Of a stretch of DNA of 64,000 nt, positions 12,146 to 25,234 are shown piece after piece (position 1 is the first letter of the stretch; each line of letters begins with the position of its first letter). The notes beneath the pieces are model-generated. The model saw only the letters and a list, made by a program, of their open reading frames with translations. It was not told the origin of the DNA and made no database searches. Source of the DNA: Octopus vulgaris (Eukaryota); assembly GCA_951406725.2 (NCBI GenBank), contig OX597827.1, positions 1,984,001-2,048,000 on the forward strand, in the 5' to 3' direction. Made by a program: the position numbers and the translations under genes.

Positions 12146-14404
12146 TTATATATACATACGTACATATACAAAGCCAGACAAACAGACACACACATATACA
12201 AGTATATAGTTACGTACGAATATCGTATAATAGGCCATATTAGTTTATATAATATGAAACCGTTTCCCTACTTCTTAACATATATCTGAGACATCGTATG
12301 TATATGTATTTTTGCATGTATGTATGTATGTATGTATGTATGAATGTATGTATGTAGGTATGTATATATGTATGTATGCATGTATGTATGTATGTATGTA
12401 TGTATGTATGTATGCATGCATGCATGCATGCATGTACGTATGTATGTTTATGAAATGATAGAATATACATAGCGTATGAAATATGAAACAATTATCCTGT
12501 GTTCCGCGCGTGTGATTGTAGCGGAAACCTGTGTTTGTATTTGTCCAATAGTTCTGCTTGTGTGTAAACCAAAACCGAAACGATAAAATTATTTTCGGAA
12601 AGAAAATTCTCTTACAATATCTGTTATGATTTCAACTAATCACATCTCAAATTCTTCCTCGCCGCAGAGAAATCGTAAAGAGATATCAAGTATAGCTAGC
12701 CTCCACTCGCAAGCGAATATGACGTGGTAACACGTATCATAATTTTTTTTACTTTTTTGAGATGCCTATGTAGTCCCAAACAGACACAGATACCCTGTTG
12801 CTGCGCCTCACACTTGACCCAGCGGAGCACCCAGGATGTGACAGCTGGAAAGATTGAGGACCGAGCTAGCACCAGGTTAGTCGTCAGTCAATGGAACGAA
12901 ACGATTAGGATGTTAAAGATTATGACCCGGCTGACTGGACATTCAGCCTGGTTTTTGGTGACAGTAGTTTTGGCGTGTGAGGTAAACAAACACACAGATA
13001 TTTATATACGCACACAAGCGCACACGAAGAAATATACGCATATAAATAGAGAGTGTGAGAGAAAGGAGAGAGGCATTGCAATTCATTAACTGAACACGAG
13101 TGTCATTAATGTTTCTGCTCTCCTCATATACATAAAGAGAAATACGCTCACGGGTATAAACAGGGTAAAAGAGAGGGGGAAAGAGAGACAGAGAAGGAGA
13201 GGGAGTGAATGTTGGAGAGAGGGAGAGAACGAGAGAAACATTTAAAAAACTCTTGTCAAATAAGTCAGCATCGAATCACCGTTAGCAAACAGCCGGCGCC
13301 AAGACGTCTCACACATCTCGCTGACAATAGCCGAAAAGCCTGTGGAAACAAAATAAAGTGCCATTGTCATGGACATAACGTACCGCTCAGGCCAAGAATT
13401 GAACCGTTGATTATGACTCGAACAATCGAACCACGAAAGACCATGCACCTTTACCCACTGTTTTACATTTCAATGGCGTAATTTACCTGGAATGTACGAT
13501 AGAGAGGTTGAATGGGTAATATTTGGTGCAATTTATTTAAAATAACGAATTAAAATGCCTCGTATGCATTTGGTTGTTGCGGTCGTTTAGTCTTGCGCTG
13601 GTTTTGATCTATTGAAGCATTCCATCAATGACCAACCCCTTTGGATTTTCACCCTCTGTCTAATCTTACTCTTATCCATTGCAGTATTACATGATTTTAT
13701 AAAAAGATCCCTATGCATTGAATTTGTGTTTTGAAACATATTTTGTTGCTTCTCCGGAGGGTCGTTATGCCAATAATAAACACACAATGGTTATATTTCA
13801 CATCTTCATGTTTACTTGTTAACTGTTTAATCATTTAACTAATTAACTAATTGATTGTTTGATTAATCGTTTGATCAATCAATCAGCTAGCTTTGTTAAA
13901 GTCTTTTCCTCACCGTTCGAGACCGCATCAATGACATGACCTCTCTAATCCAGGTCGGCTTGGCTACTCCATTTAATAGGTTGAAGCACTCGATGCAGAG
14001 ACTATATTTGTACGAACGCATGCATCATTGTATGTATGTATGTATGCATGTATGTATGCATGTATGTGTGCGTGTATGTATGTATGTATGTATGTATGTA
14101 TGTATGTATGTATGTATGTATGCATGTATGTGTGCGTGTATGTATGTATGTATGTATGTATGTATGTATGTATGTATGTCTTGTATACGGTTTCTTGGGT
14201 GATGACATTAAACTGCATCAGGTGGTGTGGCTCAAGTCCAGGAGTTCTGGAGTTGTGAGGAGCTCTGAGTGACCCCTTAATTACCATTACTCCCAGATCC
14301 GTTCTTACCCGAAACAGTAATACCTGTCAAGATCCAATAACTATCAGGGTCCACTCTTTGAATTAAATAGATTTTCTCCATGGAAAATCACTTATATTGA
14401 CCTC

Positions 14405-14539
14405 AGTAGTTAAATGGTACTTCTTTTATCGACCCCGAAAGGCAATGAAAGGCAAAGCTGACATCTGAACGTAAAGCAGGAAGAAATGTCACTTTGCATT
14501 TCATCCGGCGTCCAAACCATTAATCCAGGTTGCCGCCTT
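14405..14539 (-). mobile_element. SINE family B, diverged partial copy
   Basis: TGGTACTT..TTTATCGACCCCGAAAGG..ATGAAAGGCAAAG matches family B. Confidence 0.75.
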
Positions 14540-14579
14540 ATAACAAACGTATGCTAGTAATTGGTATCTTTATTAATTA

Positions 14580-14890
14580 TCTTTACTTGTTTCTGTCATT
14601 AGACTGCGACCATGCTGGGGCACCGCCTTAAATTTTTTAGTCGAATGAATCGACCCTTCTACTTTTCTTTTCTTTTCTTTTTTCAAGCAGTGGTGGGGAA
14701 CGAATACAGTCACAAAGACACACACACATATATACAACAAGCTTATTTCAGTTTCCGTCTATCAAATCCGCTCAAAAGATTCTAGTTGACCCGAAGCTGT
14801 AGTAGAAGACACTTGCCCAAGGTGTTACACAGTGGGACTGAACTCGAAACCAAATAGTTGAAAACCAAGCTTCTTACCACACAGCCATAA
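14580..14890 (-). mobile_element. SINE family A, internally deleted
   Basis: Reverse-complement tail (TTTACTTGTTTCTGTCATT..CATGCTGGGGCACCGCC) and head (CAGTGGGACTGAAC..CTTACCACACAGCCA). Confidence 0.85.
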
Positions 14891-14904
14891 CATTTTTTTT
14901 TAGA

Positions 14905-15148
14905 TGTTGTTGTTGTTGTTGCTCGCAGTAACAGTGGAAGTGGTGTTTACTGCATGTCAGTCCTGACGCTGGAGAAATATGATACCGAAGACACTCCATC
15001 CGTGACCATTTCATTTATTACTAGATATATCTAGCACTAAAGTATATGATGTGACATTTCAATCTTTAAGACGGTTGGGGCGGGATTTGAAGGAGATTTG
15101 GCTGCTAATCCTAGCAGGTCGAAGGAACACGTAAAGGCTTTCTTATGA
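14905..15148 (-). mobile_element. Repeat family E
   Basis: (GTT)n tail, then ..GATTTGAAGGAGATTTGGCTGCTAATCCTAGCAGGTCGA, the reverse complement of the family E core. Confidence 0.65.
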
Positions 15149-15789
15149 ACGTAGTTGTAACTGGCGTTAATCTCTTAAACTTTCTAGACGGTCTTAGATA
15201 ATCCTTTCTATCCACTTCAAGTGGTTTGCATACGCATGTCTGTATTTGTGTGAGCCTACGTGTGTGAATATGTGTGTATGTGTGGATTGCTTGTATATGA
15301 ATTGTATATGTGTGTGTGTATGCGCGCGCGCGTATGTGTTCGCGTGTGAATGTGTGTTTGTCTGTTATTCATGTTTATGTGATGTGTGTGTGTCTGTCTG
15401 TCTGTATATATGTATATATGCATGTATGTATGTGTTTGTGTATGCATGTATGTGTGTGTGCGTGTGCGAGTGTGTATGTACGTGTATATGCTGGTATATT
15501 AAATGTGTGTGCTTGTATGAGCGTGAAAGAGAGATAGGTTTGTAGAGGATAAAGAGGATTACAAGAAGTTTGGAGGAAGAAGATTTAAAGTTGCGTATTG
15601 CAAAATCACCATTGATGAACTCCCTTTTAAAATCTTCTCTTCTTTCCTCTTCCAACACTCCTTCTACCACTCATTTTCTCGCTATTTCCAGCTATTTTCA
15701 ACTATTTTATTTCACACACACTCACACACGCAAACTTTCGAAGTTTTACCTACATTCATTCATCCTGCACTGTAGCACTATTTTCGTCT

Positions 15790-16138
15790 TAAGACCATCG
15801 CATGTCCATTACAGCTTATGACCATCCTATGACTATTACCACGAATGACGATTGCTACTTAAGATCCTCTTATAACCATTACTACTTATGACCATCTTAT
15901 GGCTATCCTATAAGCTTTGCAACTTATGATCCTCATAACTATTGTCATTTATGACCATCCTATGACCGTTGATACTTATGACCATTTTATAACCTTTGCC
16001 ACTTATGAATATCTTATGAACGTTACCACAAATGGTCATTGCTATTTATGTTTTATGACCATTGTCACTTATAATCATGGTATGACCATCTTATCACTAT
16101 TCCCACTTATGACTATCTTATGATCTTTGCCACTTATC
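15790..16138. repeat. Degenerate ~27-bp minisatellite (ACTTATGACCATCTTATGACCATTGCC-like)
   Basis: Recurrent CTTATGACCAT subunits over ~350 bp. Confidence 0.8.
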
Positions 16139-16555
16139 TTTTTAAGATAATAATGTACAATTTAAGGTAGATTACGTTACAATTTCCTGCAGGTCTTGCA
16201 ACATCATAACTACTTGCATGTTATGTAAAATCTCCAAAGTCTCACTTCCAGACAAATTCGCAGATCTGCATCGAAATCAACAAGGACCAGAATCAATGAA
16301 TGCCAACACTGTCAAAATTCCAGAGATCGGAAACTCGACGAAATTATGATTCTGAAAACCTCCAAAGTGGAACTCTAATATAGGTCCACCAATTTCCAAT
16401 CATCATCAACATCATCATCATCACCATCGTCGTCGTCGTCGTCGTCATCATCTTCATCATCAATCTTTGGCTATTACTGTCTCAAGTCCTAAGACTTTGG
16501 GGGCCAATTACTCAGTCTCCATGACGTATAAATGACCTGGAGTTTAATATCTGTG

Positions 16556-16885
16556 AAGGCGCATGGCTCAGTGGCTAGAGCGTCGGGCTCACAATCTTGA
16601 AGTATTGAGTTCGATTCCCGGATCGGGCTGTGTTACGTTCTTGAGCAAGACACTTTATTTCATATTGCTCCAGTTCACTCAGCTGTAGAAACGAGTTACG
16701 ATATCATTGGTGCCAAGCTGTATCGGCCCCTTTGCCTTTCCCCTGGACAACATCGGTGGTATGGAGAGGGGAAGCTGATATGCGTGGGCGACTGCTGGTC
16801 TTCTCCGAACTTCTACCTGGGAGGATAACTTTCCAAGTTCAATCCCATGGTCATTCATGACCGAAAGGTGTCTTTTACTTACCAT
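16556..16885 (+). mobile_element. tRNA-derived SINE family D with CORE-like domain
   Basis: A box TGGCTCAGTGG, B box GAGTTCGATTCCC, then CTTGAGCAAGACACTTTATTTCA..CTCAGCTGTAGAA, resembling the CORE-SINE central domain. Confidence 0.8.
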
Positions 16886-16889
16886 GGAA

Positions 16890-17130
16890 CTACTGGACAA
16901 GGACTGGCCCGAGGCTATATAACAACAGCCAACGTGTCATAAGAAAGGTGGATCAGGGTTGATTTACGGCTATTCGATAATATGTACCTGCATGCCATTG
17001 GACGACTGGATCAGAAATGACCCAGAGGTTATATAACAATAACTAACTTTGTACCATAAGACGGCTGAATTAGGGCTGGCCTGGGGTTAAACAACACTGC
17101 CTATGAACCATGGGGATGCTGGAACTTACA
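16890..17130 (+). repeat. Degenerate ~60-bp tandem of the family E 3' tail
   Basis: Repeated CATAAGA.GG.TG.AT.AGGG.TG.CC.G.GG.TA.A.AACA units, similar to 44064-44110. Confidence 0.5.
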
Positions 17131-17580
17131 CACTAACGACTACCTATGTTATTGATATCAACACACACCCTGATATCAACATATGACATTACCATTTGTA
17201 TCCAACACCACCACCACCACAACAACAACAATAACAATAACAACCAGCACCACCACGAGTACCACCACCACCACCACCAACACTAACACCATAACCATGG
17301 TCAGTACTGCTAATACCACTACCACCACTACCAGCAGCAGTGGCAATAACAACAGCAGCACCACCACCACCACCACTACCAACTACAACAATAACAACGG
17401 CAACAACAACGGCAACGCGGTAATACCATTGTTATTCGAACCAAAGAAGAGAGCTTCCAACGTAGTCAGTCGATTTACTAGAAATATCAGCCAAATATCC
17501 CTCAAATTATATACGAGCGATTTAAATAAAGAAAGAACGCCTTAAATTTGCGTTTCCTTTCAGCAATCTGCCACTCTGAG

Positions 17581-17614
<34 letters not shown>

Positions 17615-18395
17615 AACAAGAGAAAAGCAGTCTTGTATACGACACAGCTTAATAAACATCATTAACAGCCTTATATTAATTCAACATTAGCATCTTTAGA
17701 ATTAACCTCGAGGAAAATAAGATTGAGTGAAAACCGGCGCAAAGAAGAGGAAAGATGTCTTCATCCTAAAAGCAATTGCCTCGCTGGAATGCCCAAATTT
17801 CTCACAAGAATCCTGAAAATCATGGCAGCCTCCCTCCACCCGGGAGGAAAGGAAGGAATTTCCCTCGGGTTAAGAATTGCCGCTTTGGTTAATAGATAAT
17901 GTAGTTCCTCATGCAATATGTATGAAGTAAATATGGTTAAGGAATGATTGGAACATCTTTTGATCATGGGCTCTTCTCGATTAGGGCTGCCCTGGGGCAA
18001 AACGGCAGCAGCAGCAGCCACAGTGGCAACAGCAACACCGAGAACAGTTCTGAGACCACGACCACCATCGCTGTCAATTCCAGTACCACCACCACCACCG
18101 CCATCACCACGACCACCAATATCATTACGACCGTCACCGCCATAACCACCTTCACCATTTCCATTACCGTCACCCCACCACCACCATCACTACCACCACC
18201 ACCACCACCACCACCATTGCCGTTGCTACTACTATGACCACCGACGCCACACCCATCGCCATCATCGCAGAAACAACTAACATGACCCCCACCGAAAGAA
18301 CTACAAGGTATATCTGTACATACATGCTTATATACTATATTCTATATATATGGATGGATGGATGGATGTATGTATGTATATATACACACAATATA

Positions 18396-18429
<34 letters not shown>

Positions 18430-18502
18430 GGTATGTTTGATAAGTGCCAACACACGAGACTCTCGGACATTGAGTCACTCGGTTACTCTGCTAATTCTCA
18501 CA

Positions 18503-18539
<37 letters not shown>

Positions 18540-18601
18540 ACACACACACATATATGTATATATATGCACACATATATATACATACATGTATACGCATATA
18601 C

Positions 18602-18729
<128 letters not shown>

Positions 18730-19295
18730 ATAGCTGTGTGTGCGTGTGTGTGCGTGTTTCAAGAAATTAGTGTGAGCAGAGACAGAGGTGTGGTGTTCTT
18801 AGTGGGGAAAGAGAAACTACTTGAGCAGAGGGTGGAGTGGAAACTAGTTGGAGGAATGGCGAATAAATTGGGATAGATTCAGTAGTGACGGGGGTGGGGT
18901 AGGTTAGGAAATTTAAAATTTTTGAAAAAGGAATTGTTGTGAAGTGGGTTTGTTGGATGCCATTGGGTGGCGGTGGTGGTGGTGGTGGTGGTGGCGGTGA
19001 TAAAGGTGATGGAGAAGAATGGGATTTTGAACGAGGATTTTGGGGGTGGTTGTGATGGAGGATAGTTCAGTGCCAATTAAGGAGTAACAAAGATGGTAAA
19101 GAATAGAAGAGAGAATAAAAAATAAATAAAGAAGTAAGGATAATGAAGAGGACGAGGGAAGGAAGAGAACGACGACAACGACTATCACTACGACGATGAC
19201 GACGACGGACAGGTGAGTAATGAAGCATATGGACACGGTGGTGGGGGGTAGATGATGAAGATGATGATGATGATGACGATGATGATGATGATGAC

Positions 19296-19334
<39 letters not shown>

Positions 19335-19455
19335 AGGAGACATGATGACGATGAGCAACAACAACAACATTTTAAAATAATAAAAATAAAATTAAAAATG
19401 AAAGTAATGACATTAATAATACTAACTAGAGTAGTAGTATCAGCAGTAGTAGTAG

Positions 19456-19529
<74 letters not shown>

Positions 19530-19681
19530 AGAGGAGGAGGAGGAGGAGGAGGAGGTGAAGGAGCAGCAGCAGCAGCAGCGGTAGCAATAATAACAACAGT
19601 ACTAACAAGAATTATAACCATAATAACAACGATGATATAATGATGATGATGATGATGATGATGACAATACTAATGATAATG

Positions 19682-19716
<35 letters not shown>

Positions 19717-19838
19717 TATTATTATTATTATTGTTATTATCATTATTATTATCATTATTATTTTTATTATTATTATTATTATTATCATTACTATTATTAT
19801 TGTTACCATTATTACTATTATTGTTATTTTTATTATTA

Positions 19839-19908
<70 letters not shown>

Positions 19909-20448
19909 CATCACCATCCTTATCATCATTATTACAATTACCATTATTATTATTATTATTATTATTATTGCTGTTGTTGTGTTATGGCACACTCGGTTTC
20001 TCCCACCTCGTCATCACCTGAGGCTACAGCTTATCAACTGTTTCTCACTGCGGTGCTACATTATGTTTAAATTCGTTTACACAGATCGAATTTATTTAAA
20101 TTTAATTTAATTTTCACTTTTCTCCTAGAATATTCCTGCGACATACTTTCAGGAATTTTACCTCCAAGAAAATTCTTGTAACGTTATTTATTCCTTTATT
20201 TCGAATTTCATTTTGTTGCTTTATTTACTTCTTATCAAAGTTTGGTACAGCTGAATATTAACGATATATTTAGACGAGGCGAAGGTAAAACCGGAACTCG
20301 TCACCCGTGTTCGATACTTTTAGAAGAGGCAAAAAAGTGAAGATGTGAAACCGCCGCTCCTAGTTGATATGACTATGTTTTAGCCTCTATTATTTATTTG
20401 TTTCAGTGACTAGACCTCAGCCGGAGTATTGTTTTGAAGGGTTTATCA

Positions 20449-21201
20449 TAGTGGTTCTCAATCGGGGTCCTTATAAGATTTTTGGGGGTCTAAGCAAAAT
20501 AGTAAATTAGGGTCCCACAGTACTATTTAGTACATTAAGTGTTCATTAAGTAGTACTCTTTACTCTCTTACTCTTTTACTTGTTTCAGCCATTTGACTGT
20601 GGCCATGCTGGAGCACCGCCTTTAGTCGAGCAAATCGACCCCAGGACTTATTCTTTGTAAGCCTAGTACTTATTCTATCGGTCTCTTTTGCCGAACCGCT
20701 AGGTTACGGGGACGTAAATACACCAGCATCGGTTATCAAGCGATATTGGGGGGACAAACACAGGCACACAAACACACACACACATATATACATATATACG
20801 ACAGGCTTCTTTCAGTTTCCGTCTACCAAATCCACTCACAAGGGTTTGGTCGGCCCGAGGCTATACTAGAAGACACTTTCCCAAGGTGCCACGCAGTGGG
20901 AATGAACCTGGAACCATGTGGTAGGTAAGCAAGCTACTTACCACGCAGCCACTCCTACGCCTATGAAGTGTTCATGAAAAGGTTTTGCTTCAAATGAATT
21001 TATTGTAAGCAACAGCTCGGTTTCTTTCTCCAAACGTTTTCCATAGTTCAACCATCACAAGTTAGTGTGTGAAAAGCAAAATAGAAATTTTGAAAGAAGT
21101 ATCTATAAAACTAGTTTATAAGCATCAGATGGTTATAGGGGTTCACCAGAATAAAATAGTAATCAGAGGGGTCTATGAATAAAAATGGTTGAGAATCCCT
21201 G
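20449..21201. mobile_element. hAT-Charlie-like MITE (contains a young SINE A)
   Basis: TIRs TAGTGGTTCTCAATC / GGTTGAGAATCCCTG (CAGTGGTTCTCAA type); flanks GTTTATCA / GTGTAGTC resemble a decayed 8-bp TSD. Confidence 0.7.
20554..20961 (-). mobile_element. Young full-length SINE family A
   Basis: High identity to 53997-54412 and 56764-57189; flanked by direct repeat AAGTGTTCAT (20537-20546, 20966-20975). Confidence 0.95.
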
Positions 21202-21247
21202 GTGTAGTCGAATAAATCTACCCCTGTATTGATTTAGCTTTTGTTAA

Positions 21248-21453
21248 GCCCGGTGAAATCTCATTCGAAGAAGCAGCGACCTAGAAGGCATCCTTATGGA
21301 AAGACGAGTAGACGGCAGTAGATGAAGAGGCAGGCAAAGAATGCGATGGATAGACAATACCACGAGAAGTGTGACAAAGCAGGTGGAGAAAATCGGGAAG
21401 ACCTTCGTTGCAGTGTCATCAATGAGCTGCAGGTATACGATACATGACGACGA
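21248..21453 (+). pseudogene. RTE-clade LINE 3' end fragment
   Basis: Translates LEGILMERRVDGSR*RGRQRMRWID, the RTE C-terminal G..RRGR.RMRW.D motif; followed by a (GAC/GAT)n tail. Confidence 0.7.
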
Positions 21454-21676
21454 AAGGCGGCGAGCTGGCAGAATCGTTAGCACGCTGGACGGTGTTTCGT
21501 CTGCCGTTACGTTCTGAGTTCAAATTCCGCCGAGGTCGACTTTGCCTTTCATCCTTTCGGAGTCGATAAATTAAGTACCAGTTACGCATTGGGGTCGATA
21601 TAATCGACTTAATCCGTTTGTCTGTCCTTGTTTGTCTCCCTCTGTGTTTAGCCCCTTGTGGGTAATAAAGAAACAC
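21454..21676 (+). mobile_element. SINE family B monomer with 21-bp TSD
   Basis: GGCGGCGAGCTGGCAGAATCGTTAG head, B box GAGTTCAAATTCC, GACTTTGCCTTTCATCCTTTCGG.GTCGATAAATTAAGTACCAG (Meta-domain-like); TSD GTATACGATA(C/T)ATGACGACGA at 21433-21453 and 21677-21697. Confidence 0.92.
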
Positions 21677-22828
21677 GTATACGATATATGACGACGATGA
21701 CTGATTCCATTGGTCACTTTTACATAAACTGCTAAGTTACGGGGATGAAAACAAACGAATACAGGTTGTCAATCGTTGTTGAGAGACAAACACATACACA
21801 GAATTATTTCTACCATATCGGTTGGAAAAGTGTTAGTCGGTCTGGAGCTATAGCAGAGCAGTTTCTTGCAATAAATACATCTGAAGTAAAGGTTTTTCAT
21901 GAACACTTGATATACATACTACTGTGGGTCCCTAATTTACTATTTTGCTAAGACCCCTTAAAAGAACAACTTGGATAAACCCTTCAAAATGATACTACCG
22001 CATGGCTGCAGTCTAATCACAGAAACAAGTAAAAGATAAAATACTAATCAAAAGGGTCCATAAATAAAAGCAGTTGAGATTCAATGGTTTAGTCGAATAA
22101 AGCACAAAGTGCTGCGCAGTGAGACTGAACCCAAGACCACATGATTGGGAAACAAGCTCTTAATCGCACAGTCAGGCATGCGCCTATGCGATGAAGCAAA
22201 ATGAAAACGAGAAGTTACCACTCGTGACCGATATATGATTGGAGACAAGGACAAAATCGGAAGTTGCTTCCTGTTTTCGATGTATTTAGACGAAGCAAAG
22301 ACAAAGCCGGAAGTCACCACCGGTAATCGAAATATCTGACGAGGCAAATATGAAGCTAGAAATTACTACCTGTGACTGATGTATTCGATTAAGCAAAGAC
22401 AAACCGGAAGTGCCACCCAAATTCAACATAAGAAGCTAATATATTTAACTAATATATTCAAAAGATTTTGTCGATATCAATAAAGTTTAACTGCTGTTGT
22501 TCTCATTTATTTATTTCCAGGTCAATCTGCGTCAAGCAAAACTTATAACCAGATGCGTTGTAGTTGCAATCACTCGTCCTTTTGCTATCGAGACTATACC
22601 TTGCAATGAGTCCTTTTTTTTTAAATACAGTTTCAGGGGCCCAAAAAAGAATCCTTAGCAGGCTGTAATTTCCTCATCTAACTGAAAATTATAAAAAAAA
22701 AATACAAAACAAAACAAAACAATAAAAGCACGAAAAAATTCTGCTCGCAGATTAAAATTTGACGGAAAATTATCCATTATGTTTAGTCCACATTATACTA
22801 TAAGAACACAGGGCCAATTTCCCAGTTT

Positions 22829-23131
22829 TGTTCTTTCTTGAGCCATGCCTGGCTCATAAGGCCCTTATGTTTCCCGGTTTCCTTGGCGTATAGGTTCCCC
22901 ACCTGGACGGGACACCGGTCCGTCGCAGGTGAGCTGCAAGATAAAGGAGGAAAGTGTGAGAGAAAGTTGTGGCGAAAGAGTCAGCAGAAGTTCGCCATTA
23001 CCTTCTGCCGGAGCTGCGTGGAGCTTAGGTGTTTCGCTCATAAACACATACATCGCCCGGTCTGAGATTCGAACCCACGATCCCTCGACCGCGAGTCCAC
23101 TGCTCTAACCACTTGGCCATGTGCCTCCACT
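22829..23131 (-). mobile_element. tRNA-derived SINE family C with 13-bp TSD
   Basis: Homologous to 59908-60181; A/B boxes TGGCCAAGTGG and GGTTCGAATC on the minus strand; TSD AATTTCCCAGTTT at 22816-22828 and 23132-23144. Confidence 0.92.
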
Positions 23132-23158
23132 AATTTCCCAGTTTCTCTAGGGTATATA

Positions 23159-24156
23159 CATCGGGTCATCCCATAAATAACATGGGTTTTTTTCTCAATT
23201 GCATGAACTAAAAGTCGGATGGGAACATTATAAACTACCTGCATCAACTTGCTATAAAAGCAGGTAGTAATTTTACCTTGTGCTTATTCTTAGTGCAAGT
23301 TTTGAAGAGTGCAGTTCGACTTTGACTGTTGTCCTGAAAACATTAGTAGAACAAAATCTCATCGTAACTGTTGAGATGCTTGTATTTGGTTATTCAATCA
23401 TTCATCGGAAAAGTCAGCAAGTTGGGTCAATGGGTTCCTCACAAACTTTCCGATCCTAATCGCATGCAGAGAGTGAACGTGTGCTCTTCTTTGCTGTCAC
23501 GTCACACGAATAAACTTTTTTGGACCGAATATTGACTGGTGACGAGAAATGTCAAGCGCCGAAGACAGCGGGTAAGGAACTGAGAAACACTGGCACTCCA
23601 GGCTAAAGAAGGTTTTCACCCACGTAAGGTGTTTTTATCTGTTTGGTCCACTTTCGACTTTTAAACCCAAACCAAAAGATAATAAAGATCTACTGCAGGC
23701 AGCTTGAGCGGTTTAAGTCGGCGCTAGAAGAGAAACGACCATATTTGGTTTCAAGACGAAAGGTATTCTTTCATAAGGATAATGCTCGGCCACATATAAT
23801 GAGGATGACATTCCAAAAGCTGGAGCAGTTTGATTGGGAAACGATGCCCCACCCACCATATTCGCCGAACATTGCTCCATCTGATTATCATTTATTCTGC
23901 AATCTTCAAAATCATTTGGGCAGAAAAAAAACAAGAATTCTGTAGACGAGGTCAGAACAGTATTAGAGGAGTATTTTTCCTCACGGACAAGTAGATTTTG
24001 GAAGAGGGTCCTCGCAAGTCTACCAGATAGATAGAATATCATTGTAGGAAATGAAAAAGGTGTACATTTTAAATCAAAAAAGAATTTTGCTTATCTTAAT
24101 TTTGTAACATAAAAGAAGTATAAAAGAAACCTCATTATTTATGGGAAGACCCAGTA
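23159..24156 (+). mobile_element. Decayed mariner (DD34D) DNA transposon, ~1.0 kb
   Basis: TIRs GGGTCATCCCATAAATAA / TTATTTATGGGAAGACCC with TA flanks; motifs WVPHKL (23431), ILTGDEK (~23530), HKDNARPH..HPPYSPNIAPSDYHLF (ORF 23643-23945) with 34 residues between the second and third Asp; frameshifts and N-terminal deletion. Confidence 0.95.
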
Positions 24157-24164
24157 TATTCATT

Positions 24165-24350
24165 CCTTCCTGGACAGGAGGAGACTAGTTTGTCGCAGAA
24201 TTACCTATTTCTAGCAACTGTGAGGACTGGAACTACGTGAAATGAAGTGTTTTGCTCAAGAACACAACGCATCACCCGGCCCGGGAATCGAAACCACAAT
24301 GTTACGATCATGAGTCCAATACCCTAACAACTAAGCCATGCAACTCCACT
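24165..24350 (-). mobile_element. SINE family D-related copy (tRNA head, CORE-like domain, family C-like tail)
   Basis: Reverse complement of 57546-57790; TGGCTTAGTTG A box and GTTTCGATTCCC B box. Confidence 0.8.
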
Positions 24351-25013
24351 ATTCTTTCCAGTAGTAGCATCAAGTCTTTCAGGGATGGTTTTGGCTCTAA
24401 TCTATGATGGGGCTTGTTATTTCGATGGTAGTATTTGCTAGCTGATGTCGCTAATGTTCTTATAGTTTTATATATATATGTCAGTCAGTTCAAAACCGAT
24501 CAGTAATTGTCAAGATTTCTTCAGATATCTCCAAGAATGATCAAACTGATGGATACGATGGTTCATCTTAATATATAGGTCTGGTTCAGGTAAAGCCTGT
24601 TGAGGGGATCTGGGTGGGTGGGGGCTTAATAATACTGGAAGGGTGGTCGTTATAAGCCATTCTAAGTCTTTGAGACTATAGAAAGGAAGAAAATATATTA
24701 GTCTCTAGAATAGAGATTGGGACTGCTTCTAACGAAGTGGACGCAATTACAGGTGTGTGAGGGACATGTAATGGTGCTAAACTTGAAACCGGACAAATAT
24801 TACCATCCATCCATCCAATCACCCACTCACCCACGTCTGTATGGCTTCCGCACAGTTTCCGTCTATAAAATTTCGCTCACAAGGTTATGGTCGAGCCAAT
24901 ATACGTACATGCATACATACATACATACATAATGCATACATACAAACATGCAAACATACATGCATGCAAGCATGCATGTGTGTAGGTATTTATTTATGTG
25001 TGTGAGTGGGTAA

Positions 25014-25088
<75 letters not shown>

Positions 25089-25150
25089 CACACATATGTA
25101 TATACATATATATATACTTATCCATATATATATATATATATATATACATA

Positions 25151-25234
<84 letters not shown>

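Larger units (their letters stand above)
20391..22187 (-). mobile_element. Old SINE family A copy broken into four pieces (20391-20448, 21202-21240, ~21700-21858, 22102-22187)
   Basis: The pieces join colinearly into tail, body and head of family A once the inserts are removed. Confidence 0.7.
20262..22417. repeat. Degenerate ~48-bp tandem repeat split by the TE nest (units at 20262-20375 and 22188-22417)
   Basis: GACGAAGCAAAGACAAA(G)CCGGAAGT..ACC.GT..TCGAT.TAT units on both sides of the inserted block. Confidence 0.6.

Noticed and set aside
23643-23945. Functional transposase or SETMAR-like gene
   Set aside because: Only a C-terminal fragment; upstream motifs are in other frames with deletions, inside TIRs
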